A DNA stretch of 64,000 bases from Raja brachyura. Its lineage: Eukaryota. Of this stretch, positions 38,093 to 52,500 are shown one piece after another. Within the stretch, counting starts at the first letter, position 1; each line of letters starts with the position of its first letter. Under the pieces are notes generated by a model, which was given only the letters and a program-made list of their open reading frames with translations, made no database searches and was not told the origin of the DNA. The stretch lies in NCBI GenBank assembly GCA_963514005.1, contig OY740811.1:24924001-24988000 (forward strand). Direction: 5' to 3'. Made by a program: the position numbers and the translations under genes.

Positions 38093-39882
38093 GAGCATCA
38101 TTCTGTAAGCAAAACGTGTAATTGAAATGAATTGTGGTATTAAAATAGATTAAATAGTTTAAAAACATTCAAAATATAGTTTTAGAAATATATTTTTAAC
38201 TCAGAATTTTAAAATGACACAGAGAAACTGTGGATTTAATTGCCATTTTTAAAAATCCAATATTTGATTCTGTCCGAGGAATTATTGCTGGAAGTTACTT
38301 GGATTTCCTTTGTTTATTCTCTGGGTTTTTTAATAGATCTTGTAAAGTGCATAGTAAATATAGATAGGGACAGTAAAGAAAGAAGCTGGCCATGACTGTC
38401 AACCTAAGCTGGGGGTGGGGGTGGGGGGGGGGGGGGACTTTTGAAAGCTCTCAATGACAAAAGGAACCTTGTGTTGTTTTGAAACTGCTTTCAAGACACA
38501 CAGTGATGTCTAATTGGTGTGGTCCAGCTCAGCAAAGAGACCTCTGTCTGCTCTGAGTAAAAGCAACACTGTTGACAGCGCAACACCTGGCTGTGCTCCA
38601 GAATCAGTCCTGGCCTTGGAAATGGGAGCACATTTTATCGCTTGATTTTCTGCTGCATCGTAAGTATTTGAGCCTTGTGAATGGCTTATGATTATTCCTC
38701 AATGCCAAGTGACTGCTGGAGTTCAAGTGTAGAACAGAATGTACAGAGCAACAATCGATATACTAAGTAATCACCCAACACTGGGGAAAGGGGTGGTGGT
38801 GTTTTTGTAGGTTACAGTGAACTTTGTAACATGACCCTGCTGTTTTATCAGTAATGCACTTGTAAACATTCCACAAATATACAAGGAAAACACAAAATTA
38901 GTTGATTTTGTACACTGGCTAGAAAGTGAAGTTAAAAGTAATATTCTGAAAATTCTATATGTGATTGTATTTGAGCGTTGAAGAAGTTTTAAACGTATTG
39001 TAGGCAATATGATATTTGCAGCATTATTCTCTGTGGTTTCTTTGTTTCAAACTATTTCTATGTTTTGGACAGTGTTGTCAATTTTCCTTGGTTTTGGTTG
39101 GTTTAATGTACAATTAAAAGCAATGAGCATTCTTTGGAAACATTAAAAAAAAAAGCAAAATGGTAAGAGTGAACAAAGCAATGGAAAAATGCAATGCATA
39201 GAATTCATTAGTATTATTTGTGAAATTAATAGAAGCTTGGAATAGATTAGTTCACACTGAACCATTCAAATGCCATGTAACATTTTCCTCATTTTGTAAA
39301 ATTTGTTTTGTTGTTTGAAGTTTCCAACAGAAAGATTAACCCTGTTATATAAATATTTTTGAATTTTGTTTGATTTCATTACTTCTGCTGATTTTTTTGT
39401 TAGTTTCATTTTGAATGCTACTTTGAGCAGGCAAGTACTGATGAGGAAATGGAACAAAGGACAGTGCTAACATTCTAGATTCCCCAAATTCTCCAAGCAT
39501 CTGAAGAAATTATTGAAAGCCACAAATTATACAACACTTAGAAATTAGTGATGTAAATTAATCTAGAATAGCAAGTCACAATTTTATTGTTAATCATTAT
39601 ATAGGTTTGAATCAATCTATACAGGTATAGTGTTTTGTGTCTTTACACTACATCCTCTGTTGCATGAAATCGTAGGTTTGATTAGTTCATTGTCATATAT
39701 GTGAATGTGCAATGAAATCCTTGTTCACACAGTAAGCAATATACTACTGATAAAATAGCAATAAGTAATTGACAAGTGAAAATCACCAGCAATAATCGAA
39801 TAACTGAATGAGGCCAAGTTAACTGTAAGCATATGTGACATACCGCCAGGAATGAGGTGAGAGAGAGGTGATTGATTCAGGA

Positions 39883-40262
39883 GACACAAGGAACTGCACA
39901 TGCTGCAATCTCGAGCAAAAAACACAAAGTGCTGGAGAAGCTCAGTAAGTCAGGCAGCATCTCTAGAGAACATGGATAGATGATGTTTTGGGTCGGGACC
40001 TTTCTTAAGCCTGATTGTAGCAGGGGCAAAAAAGCTGGAAGAGAGCTGGCTGCAGGACAAAATCGTCACTCTGCTGTTGGAGATGGATCCGTGTCTTCTC
40101 TGTGTCCTTTAATTCTGCTCTCACTCTTCCCCCCCGACAGAATGGAACGGAACAATGGTAGAATTCCCCTGGTCCTTATCCTTATCTTTCACCCTACCAG
40201 CTACCTCCACAACTCTATGGTTCACTCATCCATTCCCACCCAAACCAACTCTTACCCAGGTC
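39883..40262. mobile_element. Penelope terminal repeat (-) joined to a Penelope ORF fragment (+)
   Basis: GAACTGCA.ATGCTG...GGTCGGGACC, then the peptide NGRIPLVL..FHPTS typical of the PLE RT-EN linker. Confidence 0.7.
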
Positions 40263-43200
40263 CTGTCAGTACAGAACGGATCAGAGCAAGCTTCATTGGC
40301 TTTATTGAATCACTGAGGAGGCCCTAGAAAGCTGAGTTTAAAACAATTTTGGTCCAGCCAAGATTTCCTCTTCTGCAGGACATGAGTAAACCTGGTATTT
40401 TTGCAACTGTCCAGGAGACTCCTTTAAAAAAAAAAATGGCTGCAAGAACGATAATTTAACCACACTTGGACAGATTGCAATTTTTGTCTCACAGAAATAA
40501 TCTGTCCTCGGACCTCACCAGAAATTTGACTTGTGTCTTCCTAACTCTTTACTATTATGGTACGCCAAGACAAATGGGTTTTACCAGAATAATTACAGGA
40601 ATCAAGAATTTCAATTATGGGGTCCAACTGATAACTGGGGTTAGTTGTTTACATTGGAAGAGGATCTGACAGGGTTATTAAAAAGATATTGACAAGGTCG
40701 ATGAAGAGAAACAATCCCAATGAGGTAATTATCTAGGGGACATGAAATGAAGGTGATTGGTAAAAGAATCAAAACTAACATGAAAAACCTGTTGCATACA
40801 GCAATGGGTGGGGTCGGGGGTGTCTCCACTACTCTCTCTTTGCTAGAGAGAGTAGTGGAGACAAGCTCAAATGTGACCATTCAGAAGTGTGCTGAGTGGT
40901 TGAGATAATTGGGGCTCTCTGGTTGAATATCCAGTAGTTAACTTAGGATATCTTGTACTTCATTCATGGAATCATTCATCAGAGTGAAAAATGTTTTTGT
41001 TTTTTTTCCCCCAGATTTTATTTTGCTTGAAGTAGTGTGGGAATGGGCATGGATGTGGGATCATAAAATTAATAATAACCTGTATGAGACATTGCAACAT
41101 TAGATACCTCAATACCAAATGGGATATGGCGTTTGTTTTCCTGTTATTAATTTTCAGACTTTTAGATCATATATCTTGCATCTGGTAATACCTTTTATAT
41201 ATGTTCACCCACTAGGAAAGGAGATGAGATTCTAAAAGGCAATGGATACTCGTGGAATCTATACACTAGTGGAAGTCAACATCATTAACAGAGGATGAGA
41301 GAGAAAATCATCAAAAGCGTTCTCAGTGTATCAAAGAGCCTCCTTCACAACTGATTTACATTCATTGAGATTTAATCCATTGCAGGAATGCAGACAATAG
41401 GGATTTCCTAGCCTGATAAAGTTGCCCTGATAAAGAAAATCACTGTCTTTTAAATGAAGAAGTTCTGTTGTTTTCTGTTTTCAACATGTAAACATTCCCT
41501 GTTTAGTTTTCATTTTGCATTTGACCAATTTGAACCAAAGCTAGCAAGTCTGACAGTACAGACATAAAGATACGAGTTCTCGTGACCAGCAGTTTGCACT
41601 TTGGCCACAGTCATCAATCTAGGTGTAGTTTACATCCGCAATAGTAATAATTTGGAGAGTTGTAACTTGTATGTAATTTAATATGTAACATATGTAACAA
41701 AGCAATGCAAATGGAAGGCTTTGGGGTGTAAATAGGGAAAAATATCTGGATTTTTAAAAATACTTTTAAGAGTAACATTTTGGTACCGTTCGACATGAAA
41801 GTGAGACCATTGCAAGAAAGAAGCTTCTTAATCAGAGTTTCTGTGAGTAACTTAAAGTTATCTTCACTATTTGAAACACTTTTTTTTAAAGTATCCCCAA
41901 TGGAAATTCTAGACACTCTTCAATTCTGTATTTTATTAACTTTGGATGACCTGGTTATTTTTTTTCATTTCACCGTTTTTGAATAGAAGAGACGCCAAGA
42001 AATACATATGTTAATTTGGTTTTAATTTAAAAGATCTATAAGAAAAAGTTCAGTGCATATTGTGTATATTGTATTGACTAAATCTGCCTTGGAGCGGTCT
42101 TTACTAGCAAAAACGCCATTTTAAGAATTCTGATGTCACGAATACGGTTTTCATTGAGAGGAATAAAATAGGTATTGATAAACACTAATAACCAGGCAGT
42201 ATAACATTTGGCATTTGTCCTTTTAAATGGAACTAAACGCGAATGTCAGCAACATTTAGAATTTTAGGAGTTTAATTTATGAGCGAGATGAATCATTCAA
42301 CCAACCTAATCAAAGCAGATCAGATGGTTATGGTGGGAGTGTGCTGTGTCTTATGTGATTGCTGTATCTGGGCAAATAAATAATTATTTCTGGAAAGCTT
42401 ACGTTTGGAAAAAGAAAACAATATAATTGGAAGTTCTTGTTTTTTTAATAATAATTTGTTCAAAAATATTGTATTTGCTAATGGTCATAAAGAATTTAGC
42501 AATGCAATGCAAATAGGCAACATGGGCTTCATTGACTTGTGTGTTATAGACAGCATTCTGGTTCAAATTTAATGCATGTCCAAAATGTAATGCACCTTTG
42601 ACTGCCATTTTAGTAAAGGACTCTAGATAGTTTTTATGCATCAATGGCCCATGGCCTCGACTTACCCAAGCTCATTGTGATAGATAAAGCATGGAAATAG
42701 GTCGTTCATCCCACCAAGATCGCATTGACCATCAGCTACTCATTTACCCATACCTATTACAGGCTTTTGGATGAAGTCTAGAGTCCTTTCTTCCCAGCAT
42801 TGGATGGAAGATATCTACAGCCACACAAAGAGCATCTTCCAGCATTCAAGTGCCACAGCATGTAGCCCCATTTTTAAAAATTCACCAAACATTCTTATCA
42901 ATTACCCAATATTCTACCACTCTCCTATACACTAAGAGCAAATTACTGTGGGCAGTTTGTCTATCAATCCCATCTGCTCACCTGTAGGCCTGCCAAGGCA
43001 TCAGAGGTTCAACTGTGCATGCGCATCCATCCCCTTCTGTGGCTGCCTCATTACGCTTGACTCATGTCTTGGCTGCAGGCCACATGCGACCAGTTACTTG
43101 GCAATGGAGATCCTATCCATATAAATCTTTGGAGGAAGAAAAGTGTTAGTCAGGGCTGGTTATTTCAGCAGACAGTGTCATCGCAGCTATTTCACTCCTT

Positions 43201-44094
43201 GGTTGCCACCACCTAGAAGAAGGTGTAATTCTTGTCCATGTTCTGTTCATGTTCAGGAAAGTGGTGGAAGACAAATGAGATCTATGCACTTGCATACTCT
43301 GTGGTTTCCTTTGTAAATTGCATGACATTTTTGAGATGTAGATGTAGGGAATGGATGAAATTTAAGCATTCTTTCATCATCTCAGCTTTTCAGCTCGTCA
43401 CACACATCGTGATGAGTTGCATTCCTTGGGGTCAACAATTGTCATGCTAGTTCACAACTGATTATCTGCCACAAGTGCCATTTTGAAAATAAATTTCATT
43501 TTGCATTATGTAAGCCTCGTTGCCAAATGCTAGTATTGATGGCGCATATCTAATTGTCCTTGAGGAAATGGTGCTGATCTGCTGCCTGGAGATGCTGCAT
43601 TCTGCCTGAACCCATTGCCAACTTTGTATCTTCTTCTGTGGCTAAAAGGGAGTACCTTTTGATATGTTTGAATGATGTGTCTGTCTTATTGGGTGTTCAT
43701 GTTGAGAGGTTGAAGCTTGGCATATTGGTATATGTATGTAGTATATTGGTATGAATGTGCATTTGAACATTTGGTCAGAAGACTGCAGATAATTGATGTA
43801 CGGCAGCTGCAGAGGAAATTTGCTGGCCTCTTCTTGTTTTGACTACCGTGAGTTAAGGCTTGCCGTTTGAAATGCAATCAGCAAAAGTCTGGACAGGTGA
43901 TGCCAGTTCCAAGGTGCCACATATTTTGGAGCATTACGAGGACAAGCTAATCTGCATGATCCTATGACTGCCAATCATTGTCAACACTTGGGAAGACAAT
44001 GACAGCACAACGGTACAGTTCAGTAGAGATAGTCAGAGAATGGGTGACTAGGGTCAGTAAAGAGGCGGGAGGGAAAAGCAAAAAAATGGGATGC

Positions 44095-44620
44095 CGTGTT
44101 TCTTAGAATTGGACAATTCAATGTTCATACCAAGTGGATTATGAGGTACTGTACCTCCAGTTTGTGTGTATCCTCACTTTGGCAATGGAGGAGGCCCAGG
44201 ATGGAAAGATAGTTAGCAACTGGGAAATCCAGTATGCCTTGGCAGACCAAGCCCAAGTGTTTGGTGCAACAATCACATATTCTACACTAAAGAGGGAAGA
44301 TGATTAGATTTTACTGCCTTCCAGCACAGTGAAGAATGTGGAATCTGCGTGGTGGATGTTTATGTTAGCTTTTATGTAGTTGTGTGTTTTGTTGCATTTC
44401 TCTGGTATGACTGTATGGTAAATCAAATTTCACTGTACCTTAAATGATACACGTGACAATAAAGAACTGTTGAACCGTTGGTCTCGCCGATGTAAAGGAG
44501 GACACATCGGGAGCACCGTGTGCAGTAGATGAGGTTGGATGAGATGAACGTGAACCACTGCCTCACCTGGAAGCGCTGCTGTGGTCCCTGAGCTGAGGAA
44601 GGAGGTGTATGGGTACCTTA
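44095..44620 (-). mobile_element. Penelope GIY-YIG endonuclease remnant interrupted by a Rex1-like tail (~44340-44476, +)
   Basis: Minus frame reads FQVRQWFTFISSNLIYCTRCSRCVLLYIGET; the 3' part resembles the reverse complement of 63230-63355. Confidence 0.75.
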
Positions 44621-44969
44621 GTAGAGCTGCTGCTTTCACTGTCATGGTCTGGTTTACCTAGAATAACATAATTTGTGAGAAATTCCTTGTTATGTTATTG
44701 CATTTAATGTGCCTGCAAAGCTGTAGCAAATAAGAATTGTCTTGGTTCATACAACATTTGAACATCTTGATGACTTGACTTAAGTATGATCAAATACGAC
44801 ATTTTATAGGACTGGTATTTGCTGCACAATGCAAGTTCCAGCTTTGGAACAGTAGAACAGCTTGTAACTTATGAAATTTGATGGTAATTTTCTTTGAATT
44901 TTCCCCTCCACTCTGACACCACTCTTCAATGTCATTCTAAAACCTTTCCTTGAGTAGATGGCCTTATAT

Positions 44970-45565
44970 TCTAGGTGTAGTTGCCACAGAGCCAGCGATG
45001 TCCAGCCACAGCTGCCCTCTGCCCCGTCTCCCTCTGTGTGGCCGCACTGTGACAGGCTGTGGGTCGGCAGCACCCACGCGCGGGGCCATGGCTCTGGGCA
45101 GCGGACACACGGGGCCATAAACCCAGCAACGTCCCCATCAACTGCAGCAGAGTTGGGGACAGTCTGGTCCCCCCGCCCGCCCAGAGTCACTGAATGCGCT
45201 GCACTGGCATCGGATCCCGACCCTCACACTGGGGTGATTCACCCCACCGATTCACCCCCGGACCCCCACCACCGCACGGGGTGATTCACCCCCCCCCGGA
45301 CCCTGAACCACACACGGGGTGATTCAGCCCCCGGGTGCCGGGTGTTTCAGCCGCCAAACATCGGCCGCGGGGACAGACGGCCCAGGGTCCGAGAGTGTGG
45401 AACCAGTCAGCGTGGAGTCCGGATGCTGGGACAGACGACGGGCCCGTTGTACTGGCAGCCATAGTAAGTGCTTACCTGGCATTCACCGCTTGTTCTCCAG
45501 AAGGCGTTACGTGGCAACAGTACGGGTCACGGGTTGTGACCTCGATTGCCGTGCAACCTCCCTAT
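44970..45565. mobile_element. Unclassified CpG-rich young repeat with palindromic internal motifs
   Basis: Abrupt GC/CpG-rich island in AT-rich intron; GGGGTGATTCACCCC at 45231 and 45278, with a variant at 45316. Confidence 0.45.
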
Positions 45566-48500
45566 TCAGGCAGCTTTGCTGGTAGAGGTCTTATCAAGTT
45601 TAAAATTTAAAACCTATCTGATCACAGTCAGTCCTAACCAACTCCCAGCCCAAGGACACGTATAATAGTTTCAAGACTGGACCCAAAAGCATTTCCAGAC
45701 AAAATGCTAAAAATAATCACTATACGGCATGTACATTGCTGTATATGTCATTGATCAAAAACTCTACTATTATACTGAGCATAACTCTGATCTGAATGAA
45801 GCTCTGAGCTGCACTGAACCTAGATGTTTTATCAGAAAAGATGCTTGGCGGGAGTCAGGTCACATCAGACACAGGGCGTGCAGCCAGGTTCTAATTCCTT
45901 GCATGTGCAGACTGGCTGCAGTCATTCCACAAGTTCTGGAGTTGCAGCAATGTTGGGTAATGCTATTACTAGTAAATGCTCTTTTGTTGAGGGAACAGCA
46001 TGGTTACTGCTCCCAGGATGCTGGAAGGACCTGGTTTAAATAAAGTTATTTTGGATTGCAGACTTTAAAATATTCTGTTTTATTTAGCTAGCAGGTGCTC
46101 CTGGGTGTAGAAGATATTCATCTCAGAAACTAATAGAACAAGAGGTGTATACAACCATCAGTAAAAAAGCACAATCTTATTTTACAGCAATACACTTTCT
46201 AACAGAAATATTTAGGGAATAGTATCAGCTTTTTTGTATTCTTTGCCTTGTGTGGTTGGGTTATAATCGCAGTTCCAACCTAGTTGAAAACAGAAACTGA
46301 ACAAGATGGGTATCCTGATTGGGCGCTTCTGTTTGTGTGACATGATTCAATTGAAGTCAGTAAGATCGCACCTTACAAAGTCATTCATTTTACCTTTTCA
46401 AATTGAACGTTAGCGTTATTGTTAATAATGTTATGCCAGGTGTCAATCATCTAAAATTTAAGTATACGTATCATTAGTAAACTCATTCTTTTCTAACAAG
46501 GGTTAAAAATTCTCCAGGGTTACACAAAAATTCTCCAGATGTTTTAGACTAGAAATAGTGCTTGCCTTTCTTGGTCCTTTTGCTGGAATAATGGCTCCTT
46601 ATTCTAATTAAAAACTTTGCAAACCCCACATGCTCAGAAATGTCTCCACTCGCATTGGCAGAATCTTTGTATTATTTGCTCCAGATTTGCATCCATATTT
46701 TTCCAGCTTGCTCCAAATTAATTAAATATTGATTAAACTTTAAAATCCACTGCTTATTACATATTTATCTTAACTCATTTATGCATGTACAAAGGTGGGA
46801 ATATTCCCTCCTCAAACTCATCACGAATAAACAACGTACCTTTTTGTGAGTCAGAAAAATGTTGACTGTATGACAGTCATACTACATAACTAGCATTTCC
46901 AAAGCATGCAACTTAAGAAATGCAAACAGTTGCATTAAAGTGTTAATATACAGACCTGCACAAGCATTTATGAAACCAATATGTTTTGTTTTCCTGTCTG
47001 AGGTTTTATTAGTAACAGGATGTGGGCAGTTGAAGGCCACATGAGGGTCAGAGGAACAAGATTATTACATTGGGTGTTTGAGAGGAACCTATTGGTACTG
47101 TTTTGATTAGCACAGGAATGCATTCAGGATTACGCCCTGTTTCAAGAAAAACAGTAGATGGTTTCACTTGAAGTGCAGAATCCAGTGTACACCGATCCTT
47201 AGAAATTGGATCCATTTGCGTGGAGTTTTTTTTGTGTGCAAATCATGATTCCTTTTACCACGGCTGACATTTGCTTGGCGTCAGTCAGCTAATAATGTCA
47301 TAGGTCGCCTAGCACACATTTCCTCCACTGCCGGCAGAAATTGAATTTTTGAGGGGGAAACCTATGACCTTCACTGTTCACTCACTAAAAAAGGAACACC
47401 AGAGTGTGATGGCAGTTAAAGGTTCTGCATTGTTGCATCAAACTCTGCTACGCAGTGTTTCCCAGACTCATTTTTCAATGGTCAGCATTCTACTGCAGAA
47501 TTCACTGAAGCTGTGATGACTGCCTCATTCTTCAGCTGACAGAGGCGGAGGATCAGTCACAATATGATAGTTGATAGGACGGTATCTCATGGGGTGTTGG
47601 GGGATTAGGCCCCAGATACACCCCCAGTTCTGTGTCTACCCTTAATCTACAAACCACAAATTTCCTTGGAAGTCTTTTCCCTGCCTGCCATGCGGAGAGT
47701 TCTTTTTAAATGCTTCGCAGTCAGTCTGACAATAATCAACAGCTGCAAACGTGCATGCTAAATGCACTCTTGCTGAATGTTATCTTTTTGTTTAATAAAG
47801 GGACCAGAGTGAGCATCAGCGCTATACGTTCTAAAACGACAAACTCCATGTCGACGCAAAATAGTTTGATTTCTCTGGTTGGTTTTTAGCCTGTGTGCAT
47901 TTTACCTTTTAATTGAATGGAATGCAAAATTGGAACAGAATTTTGAAAATGATAGGTATTCAGTAATAATAGCCATGAAATAATAACATGTTAGCAATAT
48001 GAATCAAAGAAAAGGTACGAAGTACTTTTAAATTATGTTAAATTAATGACCAGTGAAGTTAGTAATCTTTTCCACATTTTACTAATGCTGCCGGAGGAAG
48101 TATTAAGATGTTGTGAAGTCACATAGTGAGTATAAGGTGGTGTGGCTAAAAGTAATGGGGATAATGTTTTTAATAATGGTCCACTGTTGAAGAACTTTAC
48201 AATTGCTCTGCTGTTTTATTTAATTGACAATCTGTGTTGCTCCTAATGGGTTGGGAATATCTTCACGGTTTTACTTCTTGTAACCTGCAAATTCTTATCT
48301 CTGGAATAATGTTGTGCAGTAGTGAATTGTCCATCCAGATTTTCTTTACCTTAAATGTACATTTTGGCTTCTTGATTTGGCATAAAGTTCAAACTTAGAA
48401 TTGATATTCATATACTGCAGGGATCATTACATGGATCTCCCAGACTGTTAACAGCAAGTACCAAGCGGGACCCCAGCAGGGTCTCAGTAGTACCAGCCTG

Positions 48501-49424
48501 TGTGTCCCCAAAGTCCCTCTTTTCCCTTTGCTGCAGCATCCTTTCAGTGGCAACTGTCCTGTAGTGGGAAGGTGTTGATGTGTTGTGGTATATCTCTGTA
48601 TATTGTTTTGGGTCAGGTAGGGACCTACTAGCTTACATGCTTGCAGATGACAAAAGCTGTTCTGTGAAGTTCAGAATTGCAGTTATTTTTATGTTTTTAT
48701 AAACCTGGTGCCAGAGTAACCCACAATGCTGTTTTAATGTTAAAAAAACTGGCAAATAATAATTTTGAGCCAATTTTCTTTAAACATGTCCATGAAGATT
48801 GGTTCAGTTGAATGAAGCACTGTAAGATTACTGAAATGGGGAAGGGGAAGTTGGGGTCCAGATGCAAGTATACTGCAGGAATGAAGACAGACTTGCTTTT
48901 GTAGAGACATTTTGTTGAAGAAAGAGGTATACTATTTCCACCAACAACTTACTATTTTGACAGTGTTATCTGTGGTTCTTTCATCTGCCAAACCACTGAT
49001 CAGATTTAATACCGTCATATTCAAGATGGGACAGTATTTTTTGTTAAAACTAGATTTTATTAATCTTTTAGTATCGAATGGTTTTCTCTTGATTTGAAGT
49101 TGAGTTGTTAAATAAGCAATCAATTGTTTTTAAACTTCTGTTTGTTTTTTCTTATTTGGAAAGAATAAGAAATTAAAATTGAAACAGTATAAATACTGAA
49201 TTCTCCAATTTTATGTAACCCCCTAACAACCCCCCCCCCCCCACTTTTCTTTTTCCCCCACACCCCCCCACTTTCCTCCCTCTCCCCCTATCCTTTCCAG
49301 GGCCCCACTGGGACTCCCACCTGATTCTCCCCTCCAACCCTTCTCCCTACCACTACTTTCCTCCCCCTGGCGACACAATCCGCAATTCTTCAACCTGTTT
49401 CACACCTATTGTTCTTATGTCTGG

Positions 49425-49523
49425 GGGGTTACACAAAAAGCTGGAGAAACTCAGCGGGTGCAGCAGCATCTAAGGAGCGAAGGAGATAGGCAACGTTTCG
49501 GGTCAAGACCCTTCTTCAGACCA
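49425..49523 (-). mobile_element. Penelope terminal repeat inserted in an older Penelope 3' region
   Basis: Near-perfect 14-bp TSD GTTCTTATGTCTGG (49411-49424) / GTTCTTATCTCTGG (49524-49537). Confidence 0.8.
49489..49522 (-). ncRNA. Minimal type I hammerhead ribozyme motif, intact core (antisense to SKI)
   Basis: Reverse complement reads GGT-CTGAAGA-A-GGGTC-TT-GACCC-GAAAC-GTT-GCC: perfect stem II, ACGT stem III, GUU triplet, short stem I GGT/GCC. Confidence 0.7.
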
Positions 49524-52500
49524 GTTCTTATCTCTGGCCTTTGTTCCAACCATTTAATTGATGGGAATGCAAGGTGATACATTTGTGATCTTTAGGAATT
49601 GAATCTAATTGGTTGTATTAGGAGTACATATTCTGATGTAGTATTTGAACCAGATTAATTTTTTTGATGTCTTCCATTGTTGCCTTGTAACTAGGTAACA
49701 AATGTTTACTCAGTTTTGGCAAACGCCTGCAGACCTTTGCAAACCATGGCACTCTGCACCCCTTAATCTGAGCCTGAACGGATTACTTTGAAATACTGGC
49801 TGCTTATCAAGGAGAGGGATAGTTTTTAAAACACCTAATTGAAAATTGTCATGAGGAATTCATCATGAGGAATTAATGTTTTGTTGGGAAATTCAGCAAA
49901 TTTTACTTATTGTCAGAGTGTTGTAGTGTGGTTGGAGCTAGCCTTGAAAAAGTGGAAAATAAAACTGCTGAATGGTAATACGATAAATTGTTTGGTCCAG
50001 ATGCACCCAGAATAGGTTATTCTGGGCTTGTATGCTGAATTACCTGATCATGTAGTCATTTATGGCAAAGAAGGCATCAATACAGCCAAAAAAGAGCTAG
50101 TTAAGCAAATCTCACTTTCCAGCTCTTATATTTGTTCGATGGCTTCTGCCCCTACCATTCCGTAGGTGAAAGCAAAATTGCTCAATGTCCCCTTCTAAAT
50201 TTTTTGTGCCCTCGCTAAGTAATAGATCTCAGCTGGTGCTATGACATGACAGAGAGGGCAGACTATGACAGCCCTCCGTGACTACAGAATAATAGTGGGC
50301 ACCTTCCCACCACTTAAGACCATCATCCTTGGTTTCAAGTTGAATAGCTAAAGACTTGCTTCTTTTTCCACAGATATTGCCTGACTGGCTGAGAATCTCC
50401 AGCAATTTTTGTTTTCAATCCAGTTCCAAGTGTTGTTGAAGACAGGTTTTAGCTTACCTAAGCAAAAACAGCTGGGGGAAGTCAACCTGATGCATCGACT
50501 ATTCCCTGGATTCCACCAATGCTGCCTGACCTGCTGCTGTCTGGCAGTTTCCTGTATCAGATTACAGCTTGTGCAATCTCTTATGCCTCTGTTTAGCTAA
50601 AAATGGTTCAACCTTTTACACAGCTCATCATGGGTCACTTCTGAAACCTCACTGGAAAGTTGGGCTGTGTACAAATGGACTGTGGTTGCGCTTGAACACA
50701 AAGGAGAAACTTAGGGAAGTGTGTTTTGAAACAAAATTCTGGTCAATCAATTGCTTTCATGTTAAATAATTTGATATAATGTTTATTGTACTTATTTTAA
50801 TAAGTATTGCATTTGTTCATCTTGGGGGGTGGAATAGAGTAGGATGTTGATTGTGTTGGAGGTAAACAAGAGGATGTAGAAACTCTTCTGTTTACCAGAT
50901 GTGAAGAGTAAAATGGCAGAAAACCATTTGAGCAAGGAATTTACTGCTGGGCTTAGGCGGATTTATAGTGACCCTGATAGAAGCCTTTGTAGAAGTGGTA
51001 GAGCAGTGTGGGGGAGGGAACTGGTGAAGAATGAAAGATAACACATTCAGATTTTGTGGCGGTTTTATGAAAAACCCAGGGAGCTTAGCTGTTGGGTCCC
51101 TTTGATTTATTAGCCATACTACAGGGGCTGTTAGCCAGATCTCCCTCCATTTAACTCTGTTCTGCCTAAAGTAAAATACAAATATTGTTATGTTATTTGT
51201 CCAATGGTTGTGGTAATCTTTGGTCGTGACGGTATCTCGTGTTAATTTTGTCACATTCGAATTCTGATTTAATTATCAAAAATATCATGGAAAAAGATAA
51301 AGGAAGTAGACGTAAAGTCTAGTATGGATGTAGTAAAAAAATGTTTTGACAATTTGCATTTACAAGTTCAAGTTTAACACTAACTGGTGTAAAGACTACT
51401 TTTTTGAAAGTGAAAACAACTTTAGATTGTCATTACTAACACCAGTGTTGGTAGTTTATAGAACTAATTAAATTTGAAAAATACATCTTAAACAGGAATC
51501 AGAGTAAAGACTTTGTCTACCTCAAAATGAGATTTGACATAAGGCAGGTTAGTATAAGAAAGATTCCTAACAGCACTATACAATGCAAACGGCTGTGGAT
51601 TTAAAACCGGTTTCGCCCCCTTGATGACCCTACTTTTAGTACAGTTTAAGAGTTTGGAAGCAGTCATCTGCCAACCAACTCTCAATCCCCTCCTCCTCCC
51701 GCCCCCTTCAGGGTCATGTTAAATTCTCTGCTTTCTGGTCATCACAAAAACACTGTGACTGTAATCATTAAGGGGCATTCAGGGCAATTAAAGCTAACCA
51801 TTCCTGATGATCACTTTTCAAGATGGCAATTAAAGCTTGAACGAATTATAAAAAAGGGGCCAGACAGGATTTTTACAGCTGCATGGTGACTTTCTTTAAT
51901 TTCTTCTCCCTTCACAGCTGGGGGGCAGATATTTGGATTTTCTTTTGTGCTTCGTTGGGGTTGGTTGTGAAGTTATAAAGTTGCCAGTAAAAGTTTAATA
52001 GGTAGATTTAGAATTATTTTCTACTTTAGTTCAAACATTGAATCTTAGATGTATCGTGAATTTGGAAAGCATTGTTAGATTGTTTAAGATGGTTGTCTTT
52101 TTGCCTATTACATGCATGCTAAGTGTAGCAGGGTCGCTAGCTACTTTTAACAGCTTCTTTTAAACTGCCGTGATATAATGAAAGCAATGTATGGGTTACA
52201 TTTTTTTAGCGAAAGAAAACTATGATTCCCAATATATTGGAAAACTATTATTCCCAATATACATGCAGAAATTAAAAATCCATCCTTTATTTTGATAACT
52301 GAGCGAGTGAAGCACTGTGCTTTTATGTTTAAAACAGAGAGAGAAAAAATGGTGTTTCATGGTGTTTGTGGCTATGTGCTGGGTTTGTTTTTTCCCATCG
52401 GAGTACTGATAATGTACTGCCAGTTACCTTATGGGGTCATGAGGTCGGATTCAGAAGTTAGAAAGTCCGCAGTCACTAGGGACTTTACCATCTGGTGGTC

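Noticed and set aside
44804-45610. Cluster of 88-128 aa ORFs in a GC-rich patch
   Set aside because: Explained by local GC content; no coherent domain or splice structure.
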